From contig NC_043006.1 of the NCBI RefSeq assembly GCF_006345805.1, positions 101,680,001-101,744,000 of the forward strand: a stretch of DNA of 64,000 bases, written 5' to 3'. The notes below the pieces were generated by a model. That model did not search any database. It was not told the DNA's origin and was given only the letters and a program-made list of their open reading frames with translations. This document shows positions 13,008 through 26,520 of this stretch, in pieces (position 1 is the stretch's first letter; each line of letters begins with the position of its first letter). This DNA comes from Octopus sinensis. Its lineage: Eukaryota. The translations under genes and the position numbers were made by a program.

Positions 13008-13385
13008 TTAACCTTTTGAAATCTAAACTGACCATATCCAACCAAAATATTCTACGCGTTTTATGTTCCAACCAGCCAGATCCAGGTTCTCACACCTACT
13101 CTACAAGGTCATCTTAAAAAAAAAATCATTCTAAAGAATCACACCATTGAAATCTTAAAGCTGTAGAATAATGCATTCTTTTATTCTTTTACTTGTTTCA
13201 GTCATTCAATTGCAGCCATGCTGGAGCACTGCCTTGAAGAGTTTTTTAGTTGAACAAATTGACCCCAGGACTTATTTCTTAAGCCTAGTGCTTATTCTAT
13301 TGGTCTCTTTTGGCAAACTCCTCAGTTATGGGGATGTAAACACACCAACACTAGTTGTCAAGCAGTGATGGGGGGACAAACACAT

Positions 13386-13427
<42 letters not shown>

Positions 13428-13624
13428 ACATATTTCAAAATGTAACCACATGTGAATCATTGGCGATTTTCTTCCTCCGTCTTTCCTTCTTTTGGACTTT
13501 CCTCTGTTTCCAAAGAAGACCGTCTGCTCAAAACACTAAACCACCATTCTTTCCTTCCCTGAGTGTCTGCTAATACTTTATATGTACCACGTTCTCGCAT
13601 TTTTGTGTTCTTCTTTTTTAGATT

Positions 13625-13664
<40 letters not shown>

Positions 13665-13913
13665 ATATACATACACACACACACAGACACATACCACAGG
13701 CTTCTTTCAGTTTCCATTTACCCAATCCACTTACAAGACTTTGGACAGCCTGAGGTTATTGTAGAAGACACTTGCCCAAAGTGCCATGCAGTGGGACTGA
13801 ACCTGGAATCATGTGGTTGGGAAACAAACTTCTTACCACACAGTCATGCCTAAAACATTTTAAATAAATAAGCATTTACATTTGACAGAGTAAGCTGAAA
13901 GCCAAAGGATTAA
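13008..13913. mobile_element. MITE family 1 (13008-13176 plus 13852-13913) split by SINE A
   Basis: Start ttaaccttttg; the right half aataagcatttacatttgacagagtaagctgaaagccaaaggattaa matches other copies. Confidence 0.8.
13177..13851 (-). mobile_element. SINE A, full length, with a ~195-bp insert in its central microsatellite
   Basis: cttttacttgtttcagtcatt...gccatgctggagcac...gaagacacttgcccaa...cttaccacacag is colinear with the reverse complement of 17628-17987. Confidence 0.9.
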
Positions 13914-14026
13914 ACCATCCCAGTCAATCATGCATAATGGAAAATATACATCACAGCAATTAGTTTTCCTTACCCAGCCAAATTGTTGCCCTCTCTTACT
14001 GTTTTTCTTTCCCTTATTATGTTTAT

Positions 14027-14097
<71 letters not shown>

Positions 14098-16299
14098 ACC
14101 ATTCCAAGTGATTTAGCCTATCATCATTGCTTCATAGTGTTGTTTCTCCAGTCAAAAGATCAAGGTTACAGCAACTAATATTTGTTTCCTTACACTTTTA
14201 TATCTTCTTTTTGTGTTTTTGTCTTTAAGACTCAGCGGAAGCATTTAGATATGCATTTTAACATGTACGCTGCTGCATCATTGCTTACATGGAAGTGTTC
14301 TGCTGAAATCAGATTTATTGACAAATAAATGGCTCATTTTTAAAACTTAACTTTTAATCAAATTAGGAATACGGGGGAGGCAACAAAAAAAAAAACAGAA
14401 GAAAACAAAAGGAAAGAAAATTAAAAAAAACTTTGTAAATATAACAAATTTAAATGAAATAAAGTAGTTAGGTGAAAGAGAAGGTGGTGGGTGCAACAGA
14501 AAATGGTAGTTAATGCCAAAATAACTACAGGAAGTCCTGTAATTACAGAAATGGCAGGTACATTAGTCAAATTAATCAACTGCGTAACGTTTTATTCTTT
14601 AATATTTTCAAATGAATTTAATAACTTTTTGAAAGTCGTTTATATAATGTTAATTCTTTCTCTCTTTTTTGGTTCTTTCTTTTTGTTTGTATATATGTGC
14701 TTTCTTTTTTTTACCCTTTTTGTTTTTTAATTATTTATTTTTTAATGTTTTTTTGTTTTTTCTGTCTCATTTTAAAGAAATTATTTGAAATCAAATCAGA
14801 TCTTATACACAATCTTTACTCCCACCATGTATGTGTGTGCTTTATATATATGTATGTGTTTATGTTTTTTTTGTTTTGTTTTCTTTTTGTTATTTCGATG
14901 CTCTTGCTAGATTTCTGTAAATCTTTATCATAATCATAATGAATCATTCCCTGTTCACTGATGCTTACTATAAACTCATTCATGATGGGTAAAACTCTCC
15001 CTCTTTTGTTTTTTCCTTTTCATATCTTCTTTGTTCTGTTTCTTCCTTCTTATCTACATATTTTTATTTTTAAATATCTCATTTATCAGTTTTTTCTTAA
15101 CATTTAATGACAACGAAAGTTGTGTATTTGAGCTGTTTAAATGGAAAATTAAAGTAATTTAGTTTGAATATATTATGCTCATGAGTAAGGAGTACTATTT
15201 GTGCTGTACAAGTAATTTTTGTTTTATTAAATTGTGGATCATAAGTAGTCTTTTTTATGCATGTGTTAGAGGAGTGAATGTTGTTTGTGTATACATGTAT
15301 GTGTACCAAGACCGTTGCATGCATGTGTGTATCATGAGAACTTTCAGTGAATGTATGAATGCTTACTGTAGTTTATGAATGTGCCTATTTATCATTGCTA
15401 TTTTGTGTGTGTACTGGGTGTGTGCATAAATAATTTATTTAATATTGAATATACAAAAGAAAGTGTTCAGATCTTGTGTGATGTGCATCAGGAATAGAAA
15501 AAGTTAAATGATGTGAATGAGGGAATGGTTGAATGATTAGATTTCATATATGAAGACAGTGATTAATGATTAAAGGAGAAACAGTTGGTAAAGAAGCAGT
15601 GATTGCTGTTTTGTGAAAGATAGATCTTTTGTCTATTTGATATTCAGTAAAAGGGCACTATTCATATTTTAAACCAATTTCTTTAAAGGGACAAGTTTTG
15701 TTTTGGATTGGATAAGTGAAATCAAGCTGAAGCTGCATTTGAACTGCTTGATTATTGTTGTAGAGGGGAAAAAATATTGAATAGGCTGAGTAGTGGGACT
15801 GAAAAGATAGACAGTTTAGTGTGGGATCTATCTGTCTATCCCTCCATCCATCAGAGAGAGAGAGAGAGAGAGAATGATAGTAGTAGGACAGAAATTACCA
15901 GTCTGTATAAGAATACGAATAAACTCATACATCAACTATGTAATTAGTTCTACAGTGGTATTAATCAAGTAATTACACTGTAGAGGAGCCTTTCTGGCCA
16001 TTTAATGACACACAAAAACTGTTAAATTCACTTTAAATCTATTTATTTCACAAAGTGCCAAAGCTGGAGTGAAACTGTGTCAGTTGCCGGGTTGCAGCTG
16101 TGTGATGAAAATTTTGATTCCTTATGAAATGAATTTAACACTTTTATACATTATTAAATTGCTATAATATCACTTCCAGTTTCAATTCTTGGGTTTCAGT
16201 GAAATCAATTACTTACCAAGTACAACTCCAATACAGATTTCAGAAGGATAAAAGTTGTACACTTCTGGGTAAGTTTGTATGACTGAGGCATGGGTAGTA

Positions 16300-16700
16300 C
16301 TTATAGCATTTAAAGGCCTTTTCAGATCCTTGAGATTATTGTAACTAATTCTTATTTGATGTGTACAGGCAAAACATGAGATGGATTTCCAAAGATTCAG
16401 TCTGTTGGGCAGGAAGGATAAAGGTGTCACGGTCTGAGTGACAAGGGAGGAGAGCAAGGTGTGATGCATGAGACTACATTGAAATGGTGTACAATTATTA
16501 GTTCTGAAAACAGGTGTTGTAGTTGTGATAAAATAGGCAGTGAAACAAGACAGGATGTTCATTAGTCAGAGGTTGAATTGTGTCTAATGAGTCTTTTACC
16601 TTATTCAATGCTGCAGTGTTATTTGATGGTGATTTGGCTGCTGTTTCTAGCAGGATTAGGAACCTAGTAAAAAGTAAGAACCCCATTTCTGAATCAACTT
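16300..16700 (-). mobile_element. Possible highly degenerate LINE ORF2 C-terminal remnant (CR1/Jockey group)
   Basis: Two minus frames give DTIQPL...HCLFYHNY and SFLPNRLNLWKS...SYNNLKDLKRPLN. These loosely match the LQPL..RR....LFYRY / SFFPRT..LWNSLP / YNL..FK..IN motif order; similarity judged by eye only. Confidence 0.4.
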
Positions 16701-17501
16701 CTAATGTGATTGGGAAAGGTATGAATAGCACCAAATCCCCACTTCTCTCATTTCAAAGGTATGATATTTGTGCCTGTTGGGTATAGAATTAAAGAAATAG
16801 AGAAGATTGGAGTTTATTGGAATAACACTGATAAAAAGAAACAAAATGCAAACTTAACATGACAGGGTACTTATGTATTTTAGACAGTCAGTCTGTGTTT
16901 TACAATCAAGTAGATCACTTGTATTGCCTTTTCAAAAGTTACAGTTTTCTTTTTCATTCGTTTTTGGATATTTAAATATTTTGAGCACATACTGAAGTAT
17001 AATATATAGAACATATAGCTGCTTGTTCTAATATATACAATTACGCATTGACAAGCCATGTCAATCATATCAACACTACATTGGCATCTTACAGTACCTA
17101 TCTTAAAGTGTATCGATCAAACAATTGAAAAGAGAGAGAGAGGAAAAGACAATTATGAAATATGTGAGAAGTATTGAAATATATTTTTGGTGTGTTTCCC
17201 ATTTAACATTGCATTGTGAAAAGATTTTGAGTGGGGTTTCACCCATTGCCATCATTTTTATAATCAGTTCATGCTTTGTTTTGTCATTTGACCAAATAGG
17301 CCTACTTACCAATTCTTCTACTTCTTAAAATATCTGTTAAGTAGAACACTCCTTTCCAACTATGAAATAACATCTTCCTTGGTCGACTTTTTCTTCTGCT
17401 ACCGTCTGCAATTTATCTTTTTTATCTTATGTTGCAATTTGCCAGCCACAGGTCAGTTACAGGTCCACTGCATTTCTGAGAGCAAGAGTGACAATAGTTG
17501 T

Positions 17502-18089
17502 TTAATCCTTTAGCATTTATATCAGTCATATCTGGACCAAATAGTTTACCTGTTTAATGGTCAAACCAGCTAAATCTTGCCACTCACACCTACTGTACAA
17601 TGTCTTTCTAAAAATAAACAATCACATAGGCGCAGGCATGGCTGTGTGGTAAGTAGTTTGTTTACCAACCACATGGTTCTGGGTTCAGTCCCACTGCGTG
17701 GCACCTTGGACAAGTGTCTTCTACTATAGCCTCGGGCCGACCAAAGCCTTGTGAGTGGATTTGGTAGACAGAAACTGAAAGAAGCCCGTCGTATATATGT
17801 ATATATATATATGTGTGTGCGTGTATGTTTGTGCATGTACTTAGCGGTTCGGCAAAAGAGACTGATAGAATAAGTACTGGGCTTACAAAAGAATAAGTCC
17901 CGGGGTCGATTTGCTCGATCAAAGGCGGTGCTCCAGCATAGCCGCAGTCAACTGACTGAAACAAGTAAAAGAGAGAGTAAAAAGAGTACATTATCAAAAT
18001 CTGAAAGCTACAAGATAATGTATAATTAATTCAAAATAAACTGAATAAGCATTACACTTGACAGAGTAATCTAATTGCTAAAGGGCTAA
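17502..18089. mobile_element. MITE family 1 (17502-17627 plus 17988-18089) split by SINE A
   Basis: Start ttaatcctttagcattt, end tgctaaagggctaa; acat is repeated on both sides of the SINE. Confidence 0.85.
17628..17987 (+). mobile_element. SINE A, well-preserved full-length copy
   Basis: tRNA-like head (tggctgtgtggtaag A-box-like, gggttcagtccc B-box-like), central (TA/TG)n, tail ctgaaacaagtaaaagagagagtaaaaagag; many CpGs retained. Confidence 0.9.
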
Positions 18090-18449
18090 AGCAATACCAG
18101 ATGCATCTTTTTTTCTGGGTTTCTTGCTGATGCTTAAATCCTATGCTCTCAAACACATGCTGCACAGCCAGTATCACTTGTAAGTACAAGACTGTCTTAA
18201 GGTATGGGCACACTGAGCAGTTGTTCAGGGTCCACAGAGGTCTGGGGCCTAATTATGATGCATGTATGATGTAGCTTGCAGTCAATAAAAGGGAGGGGCT
18301 ACAGTGATTCTAAGGCAGTTCTGTGTAAGTATTACTTGTTAATATGTACTATGTTTTCCTCAATTGTTTTAGGTGCCAGTATTGTTACTAGCAGTTACAA
18401 ATTCTCAGGCCCCTTTATGCTGACTCAGCAGAACACCTAAATTGGTGAT

Positions 18450-18618
18450 GGCTGGTGGGAGAGAGGCTATCCCTAGTACCCAGCTGGTACTCATTGCAAC
18501 GGAGTAAACTAGAACAACAACAAAGAAGTGCCTTGCTCAAAGATACAATCAGTCCAGGAATTGAACCAGTTACCTTATGATCATGAACTGAACACATTAA
18601 CTACTAGCTCATGTGCCT
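18450..18618 (-). mobile_element. SINE C (tRNA-type head), degenerate
   Basis: Reverse complement shows tagtagttaa...ggttcaattcctgg...ttgagcaaggcactt, homologous to 45555-45854 and 40002. Confidence 0.65.
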
Positions 18619-18621
18619 TCA

Positions 18622-18655
<34 letters not shown>

Positions 18656-20744
18656 AATGCAAGGTGATTTTCCACACAGTTCCAGCCTACCAGATTACAC
18701 TCACAAAGTATTGATCAATCTCAATCTATGGTTGGGGCCACTTGCCCCTATTGTTGTGTAGTCATGAAGCAAAATCCTTAATCAAAGGGCCACTCCTACA
18801 TACATTTGATATGATTTTCTTTTATTTCATTCACAAGCTTAAGATTCCATTGTATATTTTAATTACAAACTCAGTACCCTCTCTCTCTCCTTCATCACTT
18901 TATTTTTCTTCCCTTCTCAACAGCCTACCATATTATTTAGCCTCTAATATGCAGATCCTCTCTCCCTTTCATAACATATTTCTATTGTCTTTCTCTGAAT
19001 TTCACATTTCATATGTAACAAATCACACCCACCAACCTTGTAGCTATTGTTTTAACATCTTTTATCAAAGTCCATGCAAACGATAACCATTTGCTTTTAA
19101 AGCCCTACTGGTACTAACCCACATGGGACTACTTCTGGTTCTTTGATGCACAATTGCCTGCTTTTAGAATATTTATGCTTAAATTAAATCATAATTCTAT
19201 TTTTAAAAATCTTTTGTTAAGTCGTTTCAAACACCAGCTTTAATATACCTATTAAAAAGTTTGTTCTTTAAATCTTTCTTCAAATTCTTGATTATGTTCA
19301 AAATTAATTCAAACACATAAACAGTGCATTTTGTCTGAAATATGATAATGAAAATGTTATCCTTGATATCAGATGAAGGAAACTACATTCGCCTCAGTTA
19401 ATTATATTTAATGAAAGCATAAATTACACTGCTTTATACAAGGATTGCAATTCTTTTCAGTTTATCCTCCTGCTTGGTAGGAGAACAAACTAAACAATAT
19501 ACATTTTTATTTTCACAATGTTTTCATACTTGTTTTCCAAAGTCTCAAGGGAATCTGCATGAATATTTACAACTGAAACATGAGTTTATTTGCTATAAGA
19601 TATTTTGTGAACTAATGGAAACTATAATGTTGTTTTAGAATATTCTGAGAATACACTGTTAAGAAGTAGTGCTACAGTTCTCTACTTCACCAGAACAACT
19701 GTCACGTTTCACTTTATTAATTGTTTCTACTGGTTTAACGTCATTTTTAGTGTTTCAGTGATAGTGATGTGAAGAAGAGGATAATGATAGTAGTAGTAGT
19801 AATAATAATAATAATAATAATGATAATAAATAAATAAATAAATAAATAAATAATGATAATAATGAATAATAATATCAATAGTCATATTTTTTATTTTCTT
19901 AATACGCTATTTTGTTCAAGTAGTTAGGCAGTGTAGAATTTATTCCATTTATTTTTATTTTCTTTATACTTTTGGAATTTGTTATGTTCTCTTATATGAC
20001 ACTATCAAATTAGGAAACTTGTCTTCCATGATTTCCTGACTTGAGAGCTTTCTCAATTAATGTCCGAAGAAGTGGAATTTTTTGCTGAGGAAAATCTGTG
20101 TTATTCGAGAGGTAGAATAATGTGTTAAGTAGTTGTTAATATATGTCACAAATAACTCAATGAATAGGCTAGTGTAACAAATAAAAAAAAAAAAAGAAAT
20201 ATTAACAACAACAGCAACAACAACCAAACATACAAAATACATAAACATAGAGGGTAGTAAAATTGTATAGAGAAATCATTTATATTGACTAATAACTGCT
20301 AGTATCTGATTTGTAAGAATGATAAAGTATTTTATTAATGGTATATAGCAAACAAGTATAAGAGACAGCGTTTTAATGATGATTTCTCATAATGGGCAAT
20401 GAATCCTCAGAATTATAAATGGAAAGTAACTTAATTTGTTGATATTCATGTATTTTCTCTAAGGTATTAGCAAGGTAAGTGGTTTCATATAAAAAATTAG
20501 AGCCAGTTTGTTCAACTTAACACTGTACTGTTATTCTGTAGAGAAGTGGGGTTCTTGACAGTATTCACAAAACAATAAATATCAGAATATATTGGAGATG
20601 ATTTAACTGACTCTAACTCCGAAACCACCCCACACACACACACACACACACACCACCACCACCACCAACACCTCCAACTCTACAGTAATTGATTTTGATC
20701 TTAAAGTGACACATCAACAATTATGTCATATTAATAATAATAAT

Positions 20745-20958
20745 CTTCCGCTTTAGGCACAAGGCCAGCAGTTTTTGAGTTGAGGAGGTTAGTTGATTAC
20801 ATTGACCCAGTACATGACTGTTACTTAATTTTATCAACTGCTGAGGGAGGGAATACAAAGTTTACTCCAGAAGGATTTGAACTTGGAAAATAAAGTACCA
20901 GAATAAATACCATAGAGCATTCTTTCTAAAACTAATGATTCTGCCAACCCACTACCTT
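20745..20958 (-). mobile_element. SINE B
   Basis: ggcacaaggccagcag...gatttgaact...gattctgcca is the reverse complement of the 7863 copy. Confidence 0.75.
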
Positions 20959-20975
20959 CAAAAATAAAAAGAAGT

Positions 20976-20977
20976 AA

Positions 20978-21043
<66 letters not shown>

Positions 21044-21081
21044 CATCATCATTATTATCATCATTATTATTATTATTATGT
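20976..21081. repeat. (ATT)n/(ATC)n microsatellite
   Basis: Direct inspection. Confidence 0.95.
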
Positions 21082-23099
21082 TATATAATTACAAGATAGT
21101 AGATTGGTAGAATCAATAGACAAAATGGCTTGTAGAATTTTTTTCTAGCTCCTAGTGTTTTGGGTTCAAATCCTGCCTAGCTCAAATGTACATTTCACAT
21201 TTTAAGGCAATGAAATAAAAAAGGCCACAAGTGCAGGGTCAATGTTATTGATAGTACCCTCTCCTTTGAATTGCTATTCATATACCTAAATTAGAAATAG
21301 TTATTGATAATTATGTCTGTGTGATTTCGTGATTATACCTAAATCCTATTTATGAGACAGAAAAAAATTGTCATGTAAAGGTCACTCTAAAATCACTTTA
21401 ATAAAATTGCTTCCTCTAAGAACAACTGTCTTTTCACTGGGAGAGAGGAATGTGAATCAGTGACTTTCATGCTTTTCTAAAGCACTTTAACAGTGTAAAT
21501 AAAATTAATTACAATAACTGTAATACTAATAATGATGACAGAGATTGTTTATTCATATCATGTGTGAAGTTTTGATAGCTTAATTTTGAGGAAATAAAGA
21601 GGCAAAAGATTAAGAGAAGAGTGAGAGAAGAGCACTTGCCTTACAAAACTTATTGAATAGATCAAGATAATATTATAATATCTATTGTATAATTTTCTTA
21701 TTAATTCTATACTATAAATGGACAGCTTCTATGTGTATGCTGAATTATTGTCTAGATTTTTCTCTTTCTTTATTCCTCTAGTTTCAACACGATGCCAATA
21801 ACTATTGCTTTTCAAATATTCCTTCATAAGCTATTTAAAGCTATAGCAGAACAGTGATGTTTCATATACCTACTTGTAAGGAACTGGATGGTCTTCTGTT
21901 TTGTGAAATGTGTAAGGATAACTGCTTAGGTAATTAACATCTAGGGAAATTCACACACAAACATTAATCAAACGTAGGTCAGTTGTTTCATAAAAACATT
22001 ATGAAATTCCATAAATGTTTCTTTTGTATAAATATGAATGAACATCTGATATTGTAGATTAGTAAAGTTGCTGGCATATTAAGCTCCTAAACTAAGTGGC
22101 TTTAGCTTTCATCTCGGCTCACGACCAAATTTTATCGTTTCATCTCAACTCAAGAGATCAATGGTCATAATTGTGTTCTTTGATTTTTGTTTTTATCAGT
22201 GCTTGTGGTATAAAAGCAGTGTCCACTATTATCTTCTGCTAACAGTTAATGTGATTGAGTTCCTGGGTAGATTCTAAGAAGTTTAATTTTGTTCCTCGAA
22301 ACCTGGGTAGCAACCATAAGCTGAATTGCTCTACAGACATGTGTACATAGAAATTCAAAATTACAATGCTAAAATTTTCCTTTGATGAAATTCTTCTTTG
22401 AAACCTTCTGTCAATAAGCAGTGTGAATATTTTGAGTATCTAATATTAATAAAGATACTCATGATTTTCCTTTAGGAGTGTGATTATTTTGTTTGTATAA
22501 TCATAAGGTCTTATATTGTGTACGTGTGAAAAAGAGATGGGGAGAAAAAGAGATTCTTTCTGAATAACTTTTATTCTGTTTGAAATACTGTACCCATTGA
22601 CTTTGTATTATTCATCTCATTGATATTTGACTTAGAATTTATTTTAAATGGAAACTGTATGAAACTCACTGCGTTTGTATGTGTGGGAATGCTTACAGTC
22701 TCTGATTGCATAAAAATAATTTTGGCCTATAAATGGTGATAATTCCTCAGCAAATCGTCTGCTAGCTTTTAACTTTTGAAGATGTATTAGAATAGAAAAG
22801 AGTAAATAAATAAAAGAAGGATTACTTACTTGATAAGCATGTAATGTTAATAACAGGAGGGACATATGACTGTTAAAAAATACCTCAATAACATGTATTT
22901 GTTTCACCCATGGTGAGGGGAAAACTGACATAAAATGAACAAACAAGTATATACTGTCCGGAAGTTTCATTGAAAAGCAATTAAGCTGAAGGATGTTCTC
23001 AATACTGTTAGATAGAGTGGGTTTTTTTATATTTGAAGTTGAGTCTGAGTGAGTCACTATTTTACTGTTTTTCATGCATCATGACTCATAGACTCAGAT

Positions 23100-23513
23100 T
23101 TAATCCTTTAGTGTTTAAACTAGTCATATCCAGCCAAAATATTCAGCCTGTTTTATGTTAAGACTAGCCAGATCTGGTCTATCACACCTACCCTACAATG
23201 TCATTCTAAAGATAAACAATCATATCATCAAAATAACAAAGCTCTGAAATGATGCTCGATAAGCGCCATTCAAACTTTGGGCCTTACGGAGGCAAGGACA
23301 AGTGACTGAGACCCTTGGCAGTAGACTGTGCTTAAGATGACCTGTCGAACCAAATAAGATTATAGTTGTGGCCAAAACCAGTGTTGTGTAACTGGCACCT
23401 ACTACACTCCAACCCATGCCAGCATACAAAAACGGACGTTAAATGATGATGATGATGAATGTAAATTAATAAGCATCACATTTGATAAGATAACCTGAAT
23501 GCTAAAGAGTTAA
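23100..23513. mobile_element. MITE family 1 (23100-~23256 plus 23457-23513) split by an RTE 3' fragment
   Basis: Start ttaatcctttagtgtttaaac, end gaatgctaaagagttaa. Confidence 0.85.
23257..23456 (+). mobile_element. RTE LINE 3' fragment
   Basis: Frame QTLGLTEARTSD*DPWQ*TVLKMTCRTK* resembles RTE ORF2 C-termini; ends ggacgttaaatgatgatgatgat. Confidence 0.75.
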
Positions 23514-24100
23514 ACACACTTATTATTATCATATTCCTCATTATCCCCATTTTAATATCCATTATTTTTCATAATGGTATTAGCTAATGAAGTAGAGTAT
23601 ATTGTTATTCTTCTTCATCTAAATTCCTTCTTCCTCTGCTAATTAGCCACTCGGTGTGCACCCACTGTTAGTATTGTGTATACAGTGTTGAATTTTGACT
23701 AAATCTTTTCCTATACATTGAGCAACACCACCTAAGAATCTCTGAGATTTTGTACTCTATCTTTTTTAACAAGACTGATCTTTGCTATATTGTACACTGT
23801 TCAAGGCTTAAAGCTTTCTTTGATACGTTTTAGGAAAGATTCTGCAAAAGAAAAGATTCATCATCATGAATGATTTTAGTCCAACCTATATCAGCATGGA
23901 AAACAGATGTATGTATTGTGATGAAAACAGCAGTAATAGTTGTGGCTATTATCTAAATTTTTAAGAACACCCAGTTCCAAAAGCAATTGTCTATTGTATA
24001 TAAAATTCTTCCTTACATTTGCTGCCAATCTTATCCTTGCTTACAGTTATTGTATACAAGCATGGACTACTTTCATAATTCGAATATATATGCATATATT

Positions 24101-24314
24101 CTTTTCTTTTATTCTTTTACTTGTTTCAGTCATTTGACTGCAGCCATGCTGGAGCACTGCCTTTAGTTGAACAAATTGACTCTCGGACTTATTCTTTGTA
24201 AGCCTAGTACTTATTCTGTCAGTCTCTTTTGCCAAACTGCTAAAATACAGGGACATAAACACACCAACATCGGTTATCAAGGGGGGGGTGACAAACACAG
24301 ACACACAAATGTAT

Positions 24315-24369
<55 letters not shown>

Positions 24370-24516
24370 GCTTTTTTCAGTATCCATCTACCAAATCCAT
24401 TCACAAGGCTTTGGTTGGCCTGAGGCTAGAGTAGAAGACACTTGCCCAAGGTGCCATGCCATATAGCTGAACCCAGAACCATGTTGTTGGGAAGCAAGCT
24501 TCTTACCACGCAACCA
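24101..24516 (-). mobile_element. SINE A, full length
   Basis: Colinear with the 13177 and 17628 copies; central (TA)n. Confidence 0.9.
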
Positions 24517-25499
24517 TTTTACCATATTTATGTGCCTAAATGCTTAATTTTAGCAAAATGTAGAAACCAAGGCAAATATGGTCCAAATCTATTCTTGATG
24601 TATCTTATGATTTGTTCAGGCCAATGATTTTTCAAGGTAGATACATTTATTAAAATAAAGAAACCCCCACCCACCCACTACTTTTCAGGTCACCAAATTA
24701 AATCAGGCACCAATATAATTGATATTGTAACCTATTGAACAAGTCTCATAAGCTATTAAGTATATATATATATAAATCTGCATGTTAGAGTTTGTTTCTC
24801 ACTCTGTAAGTTGTACTCATGGGACAATTTGAACCCAGACTGGCAAGCTAATGAGATACTCACGATATAAATAAGTTAACTGCTGCTTACAGCAATGTGA
24901 TGAGCTGTACCACTCCCACATATCATTGCACCTATTTACAGCCAGGGAAGACCCAACTAATGGGCAATATTGCACCAATGTTGCATTATAAACTCTGACA
25001 CCTTTGACTGCGAGGTGAACATCACATCAACTCACTCAGCTGTGGCTTTTTCATGACCCATTACAACACTCAACACAGATAGTAATTCTGTTTGCAAACG
25101 ATTTAATTACTTTAAATCAATAGCAGCACTTATTTCAAGAAGATAAGGAATCAACCTCCGACACAAATGTGTTATTCCTTTGAAATGAGAAAAGAAAGGA
25201 GGAAAAGAAAATACAAAAAAAAGAAAGAAAGAAACACAGAAGGAAATAAAAGTATGTTTTCATGTTATCAAAATAATATCCTACTTTCACACAAAAGTTT
25301 TTGGTGCTAGCAGTAAAACTTCCAATAAAAACTTGTGTGTTTGTGTGTATTTGTGGGTAACTGTTTATATTTGTGTATATTGATTGCATTGACGGAAATG
25401 TGTGTATGCTTACATCTAAGTACATAGTTCTTTCTTTTTCTCATTTATCTTTCTCTCGTGTCCTCTTATTTTTCTCTTGTTTTACTCCACACTTGTTTC

Positions 25500-25645
25500 T
25501 CTATCTCTCTCTCTCTCTCTCTCACTCTCAATCTAGTATCTCTTTCAAAGACAGCGGCATGCAGACACACACACACACACACACACACAACACACACACA
25601 CACACACACACACACTATATATATATATGTGTGTGTGTGTGTTTG
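25500..25645. repeat. Compound (CT)n/(CA)n/(TA)n/(TG)n microsatellite
   Basis: Direct inspection. Confidence 0.9.
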
Positions 25646-26520
25646 CATGTGTATTGAAAGAGAGTGGTGGGTATGAGAGAAAGAGAAACATAGAGATGTT
25701 GACAGAAAGAGATATAGAGAAGTATTTATATCTCTTTCCTTCCTTCTTTTCTTATCACTTTCTTCCTCTGATCCCTCTCCTCCACCTTTCACTCACTATG
25801 TGTGCTTGCACATGTGTTGTGTCACTGTCTTTATACATTTTAGTTTGCCTTCTTTTTGTTTTTTTCTTTTGCAGATGCTGTATGTGTGGTGGTGGTAGTG
25901 TTCATAATGTGGCAGAGTAAACATAATCAGTGTACATATTTGCATATGTTTGTTAATGTCTATTGCCATTTCTTTTTCCTTGCAAATCAATCTATCAGTT
26001 GATGTGATGTTTCTACACACATACACACATCTCTAAGATAACTCATTAGAGCTAATTGAATATATACGGCTTTTTTTAATCACTATTTAATCTGTGTGTG
26101 TATGTGTGTGTGTGGTTATGTATACATACGCATAATTAGGTATCAACATGAGTGTATTTCTGTGGGGGGTTTTTTTGTGTGTATGTATATGAGTATATTT
26201 GTGTTCTTTTTGTGTGTTTATAATTGCATGAATTTGTGCATGTATGTGTGTATACATAAGCACAAGTTATATGGTTTACATGAAATTATTCTGTATATTT
26301 CGATAAATTAAAATGAGTGAAAAATCATGGTAATGGTCTAGCAGCATTTAGGTATGAGTTTATTCAGTACACCAAGTTCTATCTGCTCCATTCCACTGTA
26401 ATGTCAGGAAAAAAAAAAAATTAATAAGTCTGTGAATGTTACCTGAGGCAGATTGCTATTCTGTCAGCTAGTTAAAACACTCAAAGCAGTGTTTTTCTGC
26501 ATTGTTTTTTTTATTATTTT

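Noticed and set aside
17628-17710. tRNA gene
   Set aside because: A/B-box-like motifs run into a SINE body present in many copies, with no complete cloverleaf or terminator; the same holds for the SINE B and C heads.
20464-20474. 11-nt microexon candidate (tctaag|gtattagcaag|gtaagt)
   Set aside because: One perfect donor per strand is roughly what chance gives in 64 kb, and there is no gene context.
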